From an uncultured Chloroflexia bacterium (lineage in GTDB: Bacteria; Chloroflexota; Anaerolineae; JAAYZQ01), in NCBI GenBank assembly GCA_963700285.1, contig CAVOXA010000022.1, positions 224,001-288,000 of the forward strand: DNA of 64,000 nt, written 5' to 3'. This document shows positions 31,306 to 41,479 of the stretch, in pieces. A model generated the notes under the pieces. That model was not told where the DNA came from. It did not search any database and saw only the letters and a program-made list of their open reading frames with translations. Made by a program: the position numbers and the translations under genes. Every line of letters starts with the position of its first letter. Positions within the stretch are counted from its first letter, which is position 1.

Positions 31306-31827
31306 ATGGACGACAAAGTTCTGGTGGCCTATGGCACCAAGTATGGCGCTACGCAAGAGATAGCCGAAAAGATCGGCGAGGTGCTCCGCGGGGCAGGCTT
31401 GCAGGTGGACGTGCAGCCGGCAGACCGCGCCGGGGACCCGAGCCCGTACGGAGCGGTGATTCTGGGCAGCGCGGTCTATATCGGCCAGTGGCGCAAACCG
31501 GCGGTCAAGTACCTGCAGGCCAACGAGGAGGCGCTGACCGGCAAACCGGTCTGGCTCTTCTCCAGCGGGCCTACAGGCGAAGGGGACCCAGTCGAGCTGG
31601 CGCAGGGCTGGCGCTTTCCGGGCAAGCTGCAGCCCATCGCCGATCGCATCGGCGCCCGCGACATCGCCCTCTTTCACGGCTCGGCCGACGCGAGCAAGAT
31701 GAATTTCCTCGAAAAGTGGATGCTCAAGAACGTCAAAGCGCCCAGCGGCGACTACCGGGACTGGGCGGCCATCGCCGCCTGGGCCGAGGCCATCGCCGCT
31801 GAGCTGGGAGAAGGGGCTACGTCATAG
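31306..31827 (+). CDS. Flavodoxin domain protein (HemG-like)
   Basis: VLVAYGTKYGATQEIAEKI, GSAVYIG, VWLFSSGP, DYRDW. Confidence 0.88.
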   Translation: MDDKVLVAYGTKYGATQEIAEKIGEVLRGAGLQVDVQPADRAGDPSPYGAVILGSAVYIGQWRKPAVKYLQANEEALTGKPVWLFSSGPTGEGDPVELAQGWRFPGKLQPIADRIGARDIALFHGSADASKMNFLEKWMLKNVKAPSGDYRDWAAIAAWAEAIAAELGEGATS

Positions 31828-31847
31828 ACATAACCCCACTCCTTCGT

Positions 31848-32972
31848 TCAGGTTGAGATCTGGCTGATAACGTTGTGGATGCGGTCCAGACCGGCACGCA
31901 GGTGGTCAGGCTGCAAGCCGTACGAGATCCGGAGGTGATGGTCCAGGCCAAAGTGATCCCCGGGGATGATGAGCACACCCTGCTCCTCGCAGATTCGCTC
32001 CACCAGTTCGGAAGAGTTGATGTCGAGGTGATAGCGCGCAAAGGCGATGGCTGCCGCCTGGGGCGGAACAATCTCAAAGAGCCCTTCGTGGCTCTCCAGC
32101 CAGCCGTCCAAGATGGGATAGCCCCGCCGTATATAGTCCCGGGTACGCTGGATCAGGCGTGGGCGTACCTCGGGCGACAGGGCGATGGCCGCCAGGTGGT
32201 TGGCCAGCATGGTTGTGCCAATGGTCGTGTAGTCATGCCGGGCCCATGTCTCCTCAATGGTGTCGGTTGGACCTACCATCCAGCCAATGCGCAGTCCCGG
32301 CAGGCCATATGCCTTGCTCAGGCTGTTGTTGGCCAGCACTTTGTCATACCGGCCCCAAAAGGAGGGAGTCTGGGTATCGGTAAGCCGTTCGGCCCCGCTG
32401 TAGACCTCGTCGGCCACCAACCAGGCGCCTGCGTCCGCGGCCACAGCCACAATGGCATCCATCTCGGCCTCGGTGAGGATGTAGCCTGTGGGATTGTTTG
32501 GGTTGCAGACGGCGATGAGCCTTGTGTTTTCCGAGACAACGTCCCTGAATTCATCCAGGTCGGGAGCCCAGCCCCTTTCCTCTCTCAGGTGAAATGCCTT
32601 GACCTTCAGGCCCAGGTTGTGAGCGATGCCCCAGAGCTGCAGATAGTTGGGCATCATGATGACCACCTCGTCCCCGGGAGCGAGCAGGGTCTGAAGCGCA
32701 AGATAGTTGGCCTCAGCGCAGCCGACGGTGACCAGGACATGGTCGACGGTCGCGCTGGGGTAGAGGGCCGCTATATGCTCCCGCAGTTCGATGATGCCAT
32801 TGGTTTGCGCATAGTTCAGCTCGGTCGTCAGCAGTTGTTCAATCATTACGGGGTCGTCAATGAAATCGCGGATCGTAGCCGGATGAACACCGCTCTCTCC
32901 GAGGTCGTAGGGCACGACGTTCTCCCACTTGGACATCATGCGTTCCTGCACGAAGGGCAAAAAGGTGGTCAT
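31848..32972 (-). CDS. Class I/II PLP-dependent aminotransferase
   Basis: CNPNNPTG, DEVY, SLSKAYGLPGLRIGW. Confidence 0.92.
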   Translation of the reverse strand: MTTFLPFVQERMMSKWENVVPYDLGESGVHPATIRDFIDDPVMIEQLLTTELNYAQTNGIIELREHIAALYPSATVDHVLVTVGCAEANYLALQTLLAPGDEVVIMMPNYLQLWGIAHNLGLKVKAFHLREERGWAPDLDEFRDVVSENTRLIAVCNPNNPTGYILTEAEMDAIVAVAADAGAWLVADEVYSGAERLTDTQTPSFWGRYDKVLANNSLSKAYGLPGLRIGWMVGPTDTIEETWARHDYTTIGTTMLANHLAAIALSPEVRPRLIQRTRDYIRRGYPILDGWLESHEGLFEIVPPQAAAIAFARYHLDINSSELVERICEEQGVLIIPGDHFGLDHHLRISYGLQPDHLRAGLDRIHNVISQIST

Positions 32973-33236
32973 GTGATGACGAGTGCGCCAGGGTCCAGGG
33001 GGCAGGACGATCGGTGCACTCCCTCCTTTCCTGTTGTTTTTCGGTCCAAGACCGATTGCGTACCTGCAGATCCATTGTGGCACGTTTTTCTGGTTTTGTC
33101 AAGGAGGCGCCGGAGCGCTTTTGGGGAGCGACGCCCGCCATGCAGCGACTGTGGTGGCGCAGATTTGCCGAAAACATCGGTCATAGAATACAATAGGGCG
33201 CCGGCTACGAATGGGTCCGTGCTGGAGGGATAGATT

Positions 33237-33914
33237 ATGAGAAGAGCGACGCGGACGACGGCCACGGTGCTGGGCCTGATCGCCGGCGGGGCCGGCATCG
33301 AGCACGGCTGTTTTGAGATCCTGCAGGGCAGTACGCGGCCGGAGGGCCTCATGATCGCCTCCATCGGCCCTCCCTGCGTCCCGGAACTGACCTGGAACGC
33401 CTGCGAGCCGGCCATGACGGTCTTGCCCAGCTTCCTGCTCACCGGTATCCTGGCCCTCCTGCTGGGCGCGGCGGTCATGGTCTGGTCGGCCTTTTTCCTG
33501 CAGAGAAGATATGGCGGCCTCGTGCTAATCCTTCTGTCCGTGCTGCTGCTTCTTTTCGGAGGAGGCATCTTTCCGCCCATCATCGGCATCGTCGCTGGTG
33601 CGCTCGCGACGAGGATCCAGAAGCCGCTGACTCCGGAGGCGAGCCGCCTATCGGGCGGGCTCCTGCGCTTCCTGGCCGCGCTGTGGCCGTGGGCGCTGGT
33701 CCTGTTTGTGGCCTGGGTCCTGGGCCAGTGGGTCATAGGCTATCTGTTCAACGACTGGCTGCTGGCAAACGGATACCTCATCATTCTCATGGTCCTGGGA
33801 ACCCTATTGCTTTCCGTTGTTTCGTGCTATACTTGGGACCTGCAGAGAGCGAGTCTTGATCCATCTCTGGAAAGTGGAGATTCTTCGCCTCCGCTGCGCT
33901 ACGGATCAGAATGA
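33237..33914 (+). CDS. Hypothetical membrane protein
   Basis: GIEHG.FEILQG, EPAMTV.P, several TM helices; SD GGAGG. Confidence 0.75.
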   Translation: MRRATRTTATVLGLIAGGAGIEHGCFEILQGSTRPEGLMIASIGPPCVPELTWNACEPAMTVLPSFLLTGILALLLGAAVMVWSAFFLQRRYGGLVLILLSVLLLLFGGGIFPPIIGIVAGALATRIQKPLTPEASRLSGGLLRFLAALWPWALVLFVAWVLGQWVIGYLFNDWLLANGYLIILMVLGTLLLSVVSCYTWDLQRASLDPSLESGDSSPPLRYGSE

Positions 33915-33998
33915 CGTGCGGGCGACTTTCCATAGCCGCCAAACCCAGAAGCAGTGGGACAGTTCAGCATACTGAGAAGAACGGGAGGAGATTGAGCA

Positions 33999-34478
33999 AT
34001 GAAAGCAATGGTCGTTTACGATTCAGCCTATGGCAACACAGAGAAGGTCGCCCTGGCAATCGGCGAGTCGCTCGCTGCCGCGGCGGAGGTGGAGACGAGC
34101 CGGGCGGCCGAGGTGCGCCCGGAACAGTTGGCGGGGGTCGACCTGCTCGTCGTCGGCTCTCCCACCCAAAGGTTCCGGCCCCTGCCGGCCACGACGACAT
34201 TCCTGAAAGCTATCCCCGCAAAGGGCCTCCAGGGCGTCAAGGTCGCGGCCTTTGATACCCGCATTACCGAGGCTGCCATAAACAGGGTCCGCGTCCTTGC
34301 TTTTTTCGTCCGTGTCTTTGGTTACGCCGCCTCGCCCATCGCCGATCGACTGGAGAAAAAAGGCGGGACGTTGGCGGCTCCTCCGGAAGGGTTCTACGTG
34401 GCCGACACCGAAGGCCCTTTGCTGGAAGGCGAGCTGGAGAGAGCGGCGGAATGGGCGGCCAAGCTCATCCAGGGCTGA
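33999..34478 (+). CDS. Flavodoxin family protein
   Basis: VVYDSAYGNTEKVA, VVGSPT, AAFDTR, EGPL.EGELERA..W. Confidence 0.9.
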   Translation: MKAMVVYDSAYGNTEKVALAIGESLAAAAEVETSRAAEVRPEQLAGVDLLVVGSPTQRFRPLPATTTFLKAIPAKGLQGVKVAAFDTRITEAAINRVRVLAFFVRVFGYAASPIADRLEKKGGTLAAPPEGFYVADTEGPLLEGELERAAEWAAKLIQG

Positions 34479-34563
34479 ACCGGCAGCCGAGGCCGGTCCG
34501 TGTCCGCTACGCCCTGCTCATGGCGTGGGTGGTGTTTCGGCGGATTGAGGGGTGAGGGGAGCC

Positions 34564-35346
34564 ATGGCCGAAAAGGGTCTCTACAGAACCGGCGCGGCGG
34601 CCGCGCTGGCCGCCGTCCTCTACTTCGGGTGGAAGATCTACAACCGCCGCTCGCGGGAGCGTGTGGTCAGCCAGGAGGGCCTGGACGATCCGCCGGTTGC
34701 CCAAGCCTTTGGCTTGGTCTCGACCCTGCCTCCGATGCGCCTCCTGCGCAGGTACGTGACCCGCCGCGCGGTGGCCCTAACGCCCTCCGGTCAGGCCGCC
34801 GACCTGGGTTGCGGCCCGGGCCACCTGGCCATCGAACTGGCCCAAGCGGCCCCCGGCTTGGAGGTGACGGGCGTCGACCTCTCGGACGAGATGCTGGCCC
34901 AGGCCCGGGGCTACGCCCAGCTCGCCGGCCTGGGAGAGCGCGTTGCGTTCAAACGGGGCGACGCGGCGCGGATCCCCTTCGCCGATGCCTCCCTGGACCT
35001 GGTCGTCAGCACCCTGTCGCTGCACCACTGGAGCGACCCGGCTGCCGTTCTGGACGAGATCGCCCGGGTGCTGCGGCCCGGCGGCTCCTTCCTGGTCTTT
35101 GACCTGCGGCGGGATATGGCCGCGCCTTTCTACCTGCTGCTGTGGTTCGTCACCCGCTGCGTGGTGCCTGGCGCCCTGCGCCGGGTCAACGAGCCGCTGG
35201 GCAGCCGCAACGCTGCCTTCACGCCCGAGGAAGCCGCGGACCTGGCGGGGCGCTCGCGCCTGGCAAGGCCAGCTCGCCTGGCCCGCTGGCAGGTGACCCA
35301 TGGCCCACTGTGGCTGACCATTGAGGGTATCCGGGCTCAGGGGTAG
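34564..35346 (+). CDS. Class I SAM-dependent methyltransferase
   Basis: ADLGCGPG, GVDLS..ML, GDA..IPF.D.S.DLVVS, RVLRPGG. Confidence 0.9.
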   Translation: MAEKGLYRTGAAAALAAVLYFGWKIYNRRSRERVVSQEGLDDPPVAQAFGLVSTLPPMRLLRRYVTRRAVALTPSGQAADLGCGPGHLAIELAQAAPGLEVTGVDLSDEMLAQARGYAQLAGLGERVAFKRGDAARIPFADASLDLVVSTLSLHHWSDPAAVLDEIARVLRPGGSFLVFDLRRDMAAPFYLLLWFVTRCVVPGALRRVNEPLGSRNAAFTPEEAADLAGRSRLARPARLARWQVTHGPLWLTIEGIRAQG

Positions 35347-35446
35347 CTCCCCATATCTCACCGCAGAGGCGCAGAGAGCCCGGAGAAAGCCCAAATACCG
35401 TCCCAACTCCGTGTGCTTCGCGTCTCTTCGGTGCAAGAGGATTGAG

Positions 35447-35845
35447 ATGAACGACCTGCCCTTCAAGATCACGACCCTGCTGACCGGTGCGCTCGTGGCC
35501 GGCGAGGCGCTGGCCCTCCTGGTAGGCATGCACCTCCTGAACGAGGGCGATCATGCCTGGGTATCGGTCAAGAACGATCTCTTTCTGGTGTTCGACATTG
35601 TGATCGGCCTGAGCCTGGTCTACCTGGCGCTGGCCCAGCGGGGAGCGGCGTGGCCCTATGCCTTCTACATCGTGGCTGGGCTCGCGCTGCTGACCCATGG
35701 CTACCGTGAGTGGGAGTACCTGGCTGGCGCCGCCAACCCGTTCTGCGCCAACGTACCGCTTTTCGTTGCCAACCGCCTCAAGCTCGCCGGGCCGCTGGCC
35801 GCGGCCATCCTGGGCGCGCCGCTGGCCCTGGCGGCAAGTCTGTGA
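35447..35845 (+). CDS. Hypothetical membrane protein
   Basis: About 4 hydrophobic segments, coding-like codon usage, SD GAGG. Confidence 0.65.
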   Translation: MNDLPFKITTLLTGALVAGEALALLVGMHLLNEGDHAWVSVKNDLFLVFDIVIGLSLVYLALAQRGAAWPYAFYIVAGLALLTHGYREWEYLAGAANPFCANVPLFVANRLKLAGPLAAAILGAPLALAASL

Positions 35846-35962
35846 GCCAGCGCGAAGGCCGGATGTGAGCGCGCTATCTATTCGTTTGTTTCTGAATTCG
35901 TTGTTGTGTCCCGCCGCACCTGCGGCACAGGCCCCGAACAAGGGCCCAGGCAAGGAGCTAGC

Positions 35963-36334
35963 ATGAGCACCGCAGCAGTCGCCATCATCGTGGGCTTGTT
36001 TTTCTCCCTTGTACTTCTGTCCGGCCTGTGGCTGAGCCGGTCCGGCCGGCCGCTCAAAGCAGGCATTTCGGCCATGCACAAGCTGATCTCGCTGGGGGCC
36101 GGGATCTATCTCCTGGTGGTCATCTATCAGCAGAATCGGTCCGCGGCCCTGGGTCCTACAGAGTGGATCGCCGTCGCCGCTACGGGGATCTGCTTCCTGG
36201 CCACCGTCGCTTCGGGCGGCCTGCTCTCCTCTGAGCAGCCGCGACCCGCCGCCGTCCTGCGGGTCCACCAGATCGTGCCGGTGCTGACTGTACTCTCATC
36301 CGCCCTGACCCTGTTCCTGGTGCTGGGCCTCTGA
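35963..36334 (+). CDS. Hypothetical 4-TM protein with two His residues
   Basis: SD AAGGAG; MHKLISL and VHQIVP; overlaps the next start codon. Confidence 0.7.
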   Translation: MSTAAVAIIVGLFFSLVLLSGLWLSRSGRPLKAGISAMHKLISLGAGIYLLVVIYQQNRSAALGPTEWIAVAATGICFLATVASGGLLSSEQPRPAAVLRVHQIVPVLTVLSSALTLFLVLGL

Positions 36335-36898
36335 TGGACGCGTTGACCATTCTCAAGCTTGCCACTTTCGTTCTGGGCACCATCTGCCTGGCCTACGTGT
36401 CCCGCGCTTCGCTGGCAGCGCCCGGTTCCCATGGCTTCTACCGGTTTTTCGCCTGGGTAGCCATTTGGGGACTGGCCTTGCTCAACGCTGGGGTCTGGTT
36501 CCGCGATCCCTTCTCCTGGCACCAACTCATCTCCTGGCTGCTGCTGGTGATCTCGGCCGTTCTGGTTATCGTTGGCGTGCGCCTGCTCCGGCAGCGCGGC
36601 GAGCCCGATGCTTCGGCGCGACGACGTGCCCCTGGTCGCCTTTGAAAAGACCACGACCCTGGTTACCACGGGCGCCTACCGCACCATCCGCCATCCCTTG
36701 TACAGTTCGCTGCTCTTTCTGGCCTGGGGCATCTTTTTCAAGGCGCCCTCCTGGTTCGGCAGCCTGCTGGCCCTGGCCGCGACCCTGTTCCTGGTGGCCA
36801 CGGCCCGCGTCGAAGAGGCCGAGAACCTGCGCTACTTTGGCCCGCCCTACCGCGATTATATGCGGCGGACCAAGATGTTTGTACCTTTTCTGTTCTAA
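36334..36898 (+). CDS. Isoprenylcysteine carboxyl methyltransferase/PEMT family protein (frameshift near 36615)
   Basis: LVTTGAYRTIRHPLYSS, EE..NLRYFG..Y.DYM.RT..FVP. Confidence 0.82.
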
Positions 36899-37021
36899 AA
36901 GCCGTCCACCTCGTGGCGCGTGCATCCCGAAATGCGACCGGACCACGCAACACGCAATACGCATCGCCCAAGCTCGCCGCCAGCGGCACCGCGGGTCAAA
37001 AACATCACACACGGAGGCAAC

Positions 37022-37567
37022 ATGAACAAAATACTGGTCGTATACGCAACCTGGACGGGAGCCACGCGGGGCGTGGCCGAGGCCGTCGCCGAGGAACTGC
37101 GCGGCGACAACACGGAAGTCGATGTGCGCCGTGCCAAAGAGGTCCGCGACCTCAAGCCCTACCAGGCCGTCGTCGTCGGCGCGTCGGTGCACATGGGCCG
37201 GCTGATGGGCGAGATCCCCAGCTTTTTCAAACGGCACCGAGAGGCTCTGAGCCGCCTGCCGGTCGCTTGTTTCATCGTCTGTCTGTCGCCCACCGAGGAC
37301 AGTGAGAAAAACCGCCAGGAGGTGCTCAAGTACGTCGAAAGCATGCGTCAGGCTGCCTCCGGGGCGGACCCGGTGGACATCAAGGTCTTTGCCGGCGCCG
37401 TGCTGACCGATACGGAAGAGTTTGAGAAGCTGTTCTTTGGCATCCGGATCTTTGCCAACGCCATGGCCAAGTCCGGCGATCTGGAGGACCACCGCGACTG
37501 GGACGAGATCCGAGCCTGGGCGCGGAACGTGCGTCCCGCGCTGTTGGGGGAGTCCGAGAGGGTTTGA
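37022..37567 (+). CDS. Flavodoxin domain protein (HemG-like)
   Basis: [38 protein letters not shown]. Confidence 0.88.
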   Translation: MNKILVVYATWTGATRGVAEAVAEELRGDNTEVDVRRAKEVRDLKPYQAVVVGASVHMGRLMGEIPSFFKRHREALSRLPVACFIVCLSPTEDSEKNRQEVLKYVESMRQAASGADPVDIKVFAGAVLTDTEEFEKLFFGIRIFANAMAKSGDLEDHRDWDEIRAWARNVRPALLGESERV

Positions 37568-37856
37568 CCCAAATGATGACCCTGCACGATGGTAGTCCAA
37601 AAATGGATATCCACACCCAGTATGGGTTTCAGGCGGACCAATCGGCCAGCTCAAGCACCCCGGGCGATCATCTGGCCAAGGCTGGTTTCCGGAATGGTGC
37701 CTGGTATGCGGGAGTGCATGTGCGGAACGAGGGCGATGGCAGAGAAATCGCCAGCTTGCCTTTTTCGTCGTCATCCTCATCGCCATCGGCGTCCCGGTCG
37801 CAGTATGTCACCCTGGTCTCTCCGGTCTTTCGCTCCAGTTTGTCAACGCGGTGCCC

Positions 37857-37885
37857 TTGACCTCTGCTTGTGGACATGGTACAAT
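37857..37885 (+). promoter_or_regulatory. Sigma70-type promoter of the DUF2294 gene
   Basis: TTGACC-17 bp-TACAAT with extended TG; conserved in the duplicate at 48791-48819. Confidence 0.75.
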
Positions 37886-37941
37886 AGCCGGGCCGCATAC
37901 ACTGTGCAGAGCCTTGATGATTCCTTGAGCGAGGCGCAGAA

Positions 37942-38316
37942 ATGTCTCTTACCCAAACCAAAGGCCAGTTGGAGGCCAAGATCGCCACGGCCATCACACA
38001 GTTTGACCGGGAGCACCTGGGGCGTGGCCCTCACAAGGTCCGCGCCTGGATCATCCAGGACATGATCCTGCTCCGTCTCCAGGGCGTCCTAACCCCTGCC
38101 GAAGAGACACTGGCCCGGGATCCGGAGGGGCACCGCTTAATCAAGGAGGTTCGTCGGCGGTTGGTCGAGGGTTCTCGTCCCCTGCTCGGTGATATGATCG
38201 AGGGCCTTTCCGGGGTTGAAGTGGTCAGCTTGCACAGCGACATGAGCATCAAGAAGGGCGAACGGATCATTGTCTTTACCCTGGCCGAAGATCTGGAGGC
38301 CAAGTTCAAACGGTAG
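37942..38316 (+). CDS. DUF2294 (MpsC-like) protein
   Basis: TKGQLE..I..F.REHLGRGP..V...DMIL.RL.GVLTPAE..L...G..LIK..R..L....SLHSD.S...GERIIVFTL. Confidence 0.88.
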   Translation: MSLTQTKGQLEAKIATAITQFDREHLGRGPHKVRAWIIQDMILLRLQGVLTPAEETLARDPEGHRLIKEVRRRLVEGSRPLLGDMIEGLSGVEVVSLHSDMSIKKGERIIVFTLAEDLEAKFKR

Positions 38317-38376
38317 CGCCGACAATGCCGCCACCCTTGCATTCTGGTCTCCTCTCTGCAATCGAATGCGTGGCGG

Positions 38377-38490
38377 ATGCGCTGCCGGCCAGATCGGTCA
38401 TTGCCAGGCGCGCCGTTTGCGCCGATGCACCGCCACGGCCGCTACGCGTTCTCGCGGCTGACGCACGCGATGACAGCCTTGCAACAGCTC
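38377..38490 (-). mobile_element. Degenerate MITE/REP-like element, inverted copy of 53915-54078
   Basis: Reverse-complement similarity (GTCATTGC.AGGCGCGC.GTTTGCGCCG ... GCGATGAC...TTGCAACAGC); this stretch is missing from the duplicated cassette near 49.3 kb. Confidence 0.6.
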
Positions 38491-38511
38491 CGGTATCTGG
38501 ATGATTTGCGT

Positions 38512-38540
38512 TTGACAAGCAAAGATTCCTGTGCTAGACT
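38512..38540 (+). promoter_or_regulatory. Sigma70 promoter of ion-transport operon 1
   Basis: TTGACA-17 bp-TAGACT with extended TGn; identical boxes at 49337-49365. Confidence 0.85.
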
Positions 38541-38566
38541 CCGGCCAGTCACATAGGATACAGTTT

Positions 38567-38664
38567 GGCAGGTAGGGTGGAAGGTAAGCTCGTGGCATAC
38601 GAGCAGACCAGCCACTGGGTAGGCCAACACCGCACCCTGAAAGGGTAGCTGGCGTTGGCCTTTT
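38567..38664 (+). ncRNA. Candidate riboswitch/attenuator copy 1 with overlapping intrinsic terminator
   Basis: GGTG..CACC outer stem, GCTCGT/ACGAGC hairpin, conserved GTAGGCCAAC, terminator GGCCAAC..GTTGGCC-TTTT. Confidence 0.7.
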
Positions 38665-38690
38665 AAGTTTCACGTTGACCCGAGATGGAC

Positions 38691-38790
38691 CGGCAGACGC
38701 GGCGGTAGTTAGGCCCTTCGCACAAGGGCGGAGCAGCCGTAGCGTGGGCCAACGCCGAACCTCAAGGGCGTACCAGCTGTTGCCCCTTTA
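38691..38790 (+). ncRNA. Candidate riboswitch/attenuator copy 2
   Basis: Compensatory GGCG..CGCC and GCCCTT/AAGGGC stems, GTGGGCCAAC; weaker terminator GTTGCCCC-TTT. Confidence 0.65.
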
Positions 38791-38823
38791 TCTATACCAC
38801 CCAGGTGGTGGGAGGAAACCATC

Positions 38824-39168
38824 GTGCCGAATGCTGATAGCCAAGACATACATACAGACCTGGCACATGCCCTCCAGGAGTACTGGGGCGAGTATACAGG
38901 TATCCGCCCCACCCGTGTCCGGGTGGTTTCCGGTGAAGGGGCCATTGTGGTGTGGTTGGAAAATGTCCTGTCCCCGGCCGAACGACAGATGTCCAGTACC
39001 CCGGCGGGTCGCAAGGTGCTGCGGGATCTTGAGGAGCGCATCGTGGAGCAGGCAAGGCCCCAGATGCAGCGCCTGGTGGAAGCCGCCGTGGGGCAGGAAA
39101 GCGCTCCGGCCAGAGTCCTTCTCGATGTCGAGAATGGAAGCGTTCTGGGGTTCTTCCAACTGGCCTGA
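38824..39168 (+). CDS. Divergent DUF2294-like protein
   Basis: Aligns by eye with 37942-38316 (G.RP..VRV....I...L.NVLSPAE......G..V); SD GGAGG. Confidence 0.75.
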   Translation: MPNADSQDIHTDLAHALQEYWGEYTGIRPTRVRVVSGEGAIVVWLENVLSPAERQMSSTPAGRKVLRDLEERIVEQARPQMQRLVEAAVGQESAPARVLLDVENGSVLGFFQLA

Positions 39169-39234
39169 TCGGATGGGGGATGGGGCCCGGAAAGTCGTCA
39201 AGATTGTGAAATCTGAAAGGGGTTGAGGAAAGCG

Positions 39235-40113
39235 ATGTTCTACCTGTTGATTGTCATTCTGGATGATTTGAGGCTCATGCCTGAGCTGCTTCGGGTCTGG
39301 AAATCGATCGGCGTTCCGGGAGCAACCATCCTGGCAAGCGCTGGGGCCCACCGCACGAGTACCTGGCTCAGTCGCGTGGGTCTGGGGGCCATCGATCGCC
39401 TCTTTGAGGCTGAAGAAGTACGCCGGCGCACACTCCTGGTCGCAATTGAGGGCGACGACCTGCTGGCTCAGGCTATAGCCGAGGCCGAGCGAGTGGTGGG
39501 CGGGTTTGACCGGCCCGACAGTGGCCTGCTGCTGGTCTTGCCCATGGCCCAGGTCAGAGGATTGCACAAAGTCCAGCCCAAGCCTCGCCAGGACAAACTG
39601 CCTCCCGCGGTACGCCCGGACTGGGTGGTCCAGCGAGATACACCGATACAGGTCGTCGTTGACACCCTGAATCTGGAGCCGACGCTTGTTCGCCTCGACA
39701 CGCCCTTGGACGAGGTAGTTCAGGCCATGCTTGCCCACCCCAGGGTACACACGGCTTGCGTGCTGAACGACGACGGGCGATTGGTGGGGGTGCTCGATCT
39801 GCGCACGCTGGCCGACGACTTCTTTTTTCATCTCATGCCCGAAGAGTTCCTGAGCGAGATTACCGACCTGGAGCATGCGATGGCCTTTGCCGCGAGAAGC
39901 GGCATGCGCACCGCCGCCGACGCCATGCAGGCGCCGGTGTGGGTAAAGAACGGGCGGACGGTAAAGGATGCTTTCAAGCGCATGCACGAGCACAATCTGC
40001 AGGGATTGCCCGTGGTGGACGATCGCTACCATGTCACAGGCTATATCAACCTGTTGGAACTGATGGCCTGCTGCCTGGAGCCTTTGGCAGGCAACGCGGA
40101 GGTGAAGTCGTGA
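39235..40113 (+). CDS. P-II-like domain fused to a CBS pair
   Basis: N-terminus (VILDD...W..IGVPGATIL.S.G...RTL......G.FD.PDSGLL.V.P..QV.GL) is paralogous to 50974-51336; C-terminal CBS motifs (VLNDDGRLVGVL, LPVVDD...GYI). Confidence 0.8.
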   Translation: MFYLLIVILDDLRLMPELLRVWKSIGVPGATILASAGAHRTSTWLSRVGLGAIDRLFEAEEVRRRTLLVAIEGDDLLAQAIAEAERVVGGFDRPDSGLLLVLPMAQVRGLHKVQPKPRQDKLPPAVRPDWVVQRDTPIQVVVDTLNLEPTLVRLDTPLDEVVQAMLAHPRVHTACVLNDDGRLVGVLDLRTLADDFFFHLMPEEFLSEITDLEHAMAFAARSGMRTAADAMQAPVWVKNGRTVKDAFKRMHEHNLQGLPVVDDRYHVTGYINLLELMACCLEPLAGNAEVKS

Positions 40114-41372
40114 ACCCCGTGTGGCTGGCTGGCGGCGTCTTTTTGATTACCTACGCCCTGATCGTTACCGAACGGGTGCACCGCACCGTGTCGGCTCTGC
40201 TGGGCGGCGTGGCCGTGATTCTCCTGGGCGTGCTCTCCCAGGATGAGGCGTTTCACGCCATAGACTGGAACGTGATTTTTCTGCTGCTGGGCATGATGGT
40301 CATCGCCAGCGTGCTGCAGCAAACCGGCCTCTTTCAATGGGTCGCTATCCAAGCTGTCAAGTCGGGGCAAGGCGATCCCTTCCGCATCCTGGTCATTCTC
40401 TCCGCAGTGACCGCTGCCTCTTCGGCGCTCCTGGACAACGTGACCATCGTTATCTTGGCTGCCCCGGTGGCCTTGTTCGTGGCGGCCAGTCTCAGGGTGA
40501 ACCCACTGCCCTTTCTCATTGCCACGATCCTGGCGTCCAATATCGGTGGTACTGCGACCCTCGTCGGCGATCCGCCCAACATCCTCATCGGCAGTGCGGC
40601 CGGAATAGACTTTCTGACCTTCGCTGCTAATCTGACCCCGATCAGTCTGCTGATCTTGTTCCTCTTTCTCGGGCTGTGTTGGTTTCTGTTCAGGAGCGAT
40701 CTGCGAACTGCGCAGAGTGGCGCGTTGGATATCGACGCCCTGGAGACAGAGGCGCTGATCACAGACAGATCGCTGCTACGCAAAGCGTTGGTCGTCATGG
40801 CCGGCGTGATCGTGGGCTTTCTCATGCACGGGACGCTTCATCTGGAACCGGCGACCATCGCTCTGGCCGGCGCCACGATCCTACTCCTGTGGGGGCGGAG
40901 CGATCCGCATCACGTCCTGCGAGAGGTCGAGTGGACGACCCTCATCTTCTTTATCGGTCTGTTCATCATTGTGGAAGCCGTGGTACAGGTGGGGATCATC
41001 GAGGCCGTGGCCGAGGCATTGCTGCGCCTGACCGGTGGTAACCTCCAAGTGACCTCGATGCTGCTCCTGTGGTTCTCGGCTTTTGCTTCGGGCATCGTGG
41101 ACAATATCCCCTATACGGCAACCATGATTCCCATCGTGGAGAACCTGGGGCAGAGCATGCCGGTAATGCCCCTATGGTGGTCGCTGGCATTGGGGGCTTG
41201 CCTGGGAGGCAACGCCACCCTGGTGGGCGCCGCAGCGAACGTGGTGGTGGCGAACCTGGCCGAGAAGAGTGGCCATCCCATCAGTTTCAGACGCTTCCTG
41301 GGCTACGGCCTGGCGACCACCGCGATGTCGCTGTTGCTGGCGACGGGGTACGTGTGGCTGCGCTATCTGTGA
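40110..41372 (+). CDS. ArsB/NhaD (ion transporter superfamily, SLC13-like) permease
   Basis: IDWNVIFLLLGMM, SALLDNVT, ASNIGGTATLVGDPPN, SGIVDNIP, LGGNATLVGAAAN. Confidence 0.9.
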   Translation: MNPVWLAGGVFLITYALIVTERVHRTVSALLGGVAVILLGVLSQDEAFHAIDWNVIFLLLGMMVIASVLQQTGLFQWVAIQAVKSGQGDPFRILVILSAVTAASSALLDNVTIVILAAPVALFVAASLRVNPLPFLIATILASNIGGTATLVGDPPNILIGSAAGIDFLTFAANLTPISLLILFLFLGLCWFLFRSDLRTAQSGALDIDALETEALITDRSLLRKALVVMAGVIVGFLMHGTLHLEPATIALAGATILLLWGRSDPHHVLREVEWTTLIFFIGLFIIVEAVVQVGIIEAVAEALLRLTGGNLQVTSMLLLWFSAFASGIVDNIPYTATMIPIVENLGQSMPVMPLWWSLALGACLGGNATLVGAAANVVVANLAEKSGHPISFRRFLGYGLATTAMSLLLATGYVWLRYL

Positions 41373-41479
41373 ACAGGAGAGCAAGTCTAGATCTGCAGCA
41401 CTAGCCCAAGGCTGGTGCCGCAATGGCCATCCCGCCGATGGCCGCAGAGCCCTGCGCGGGCGGAAAGGAGGCTCGAGCT

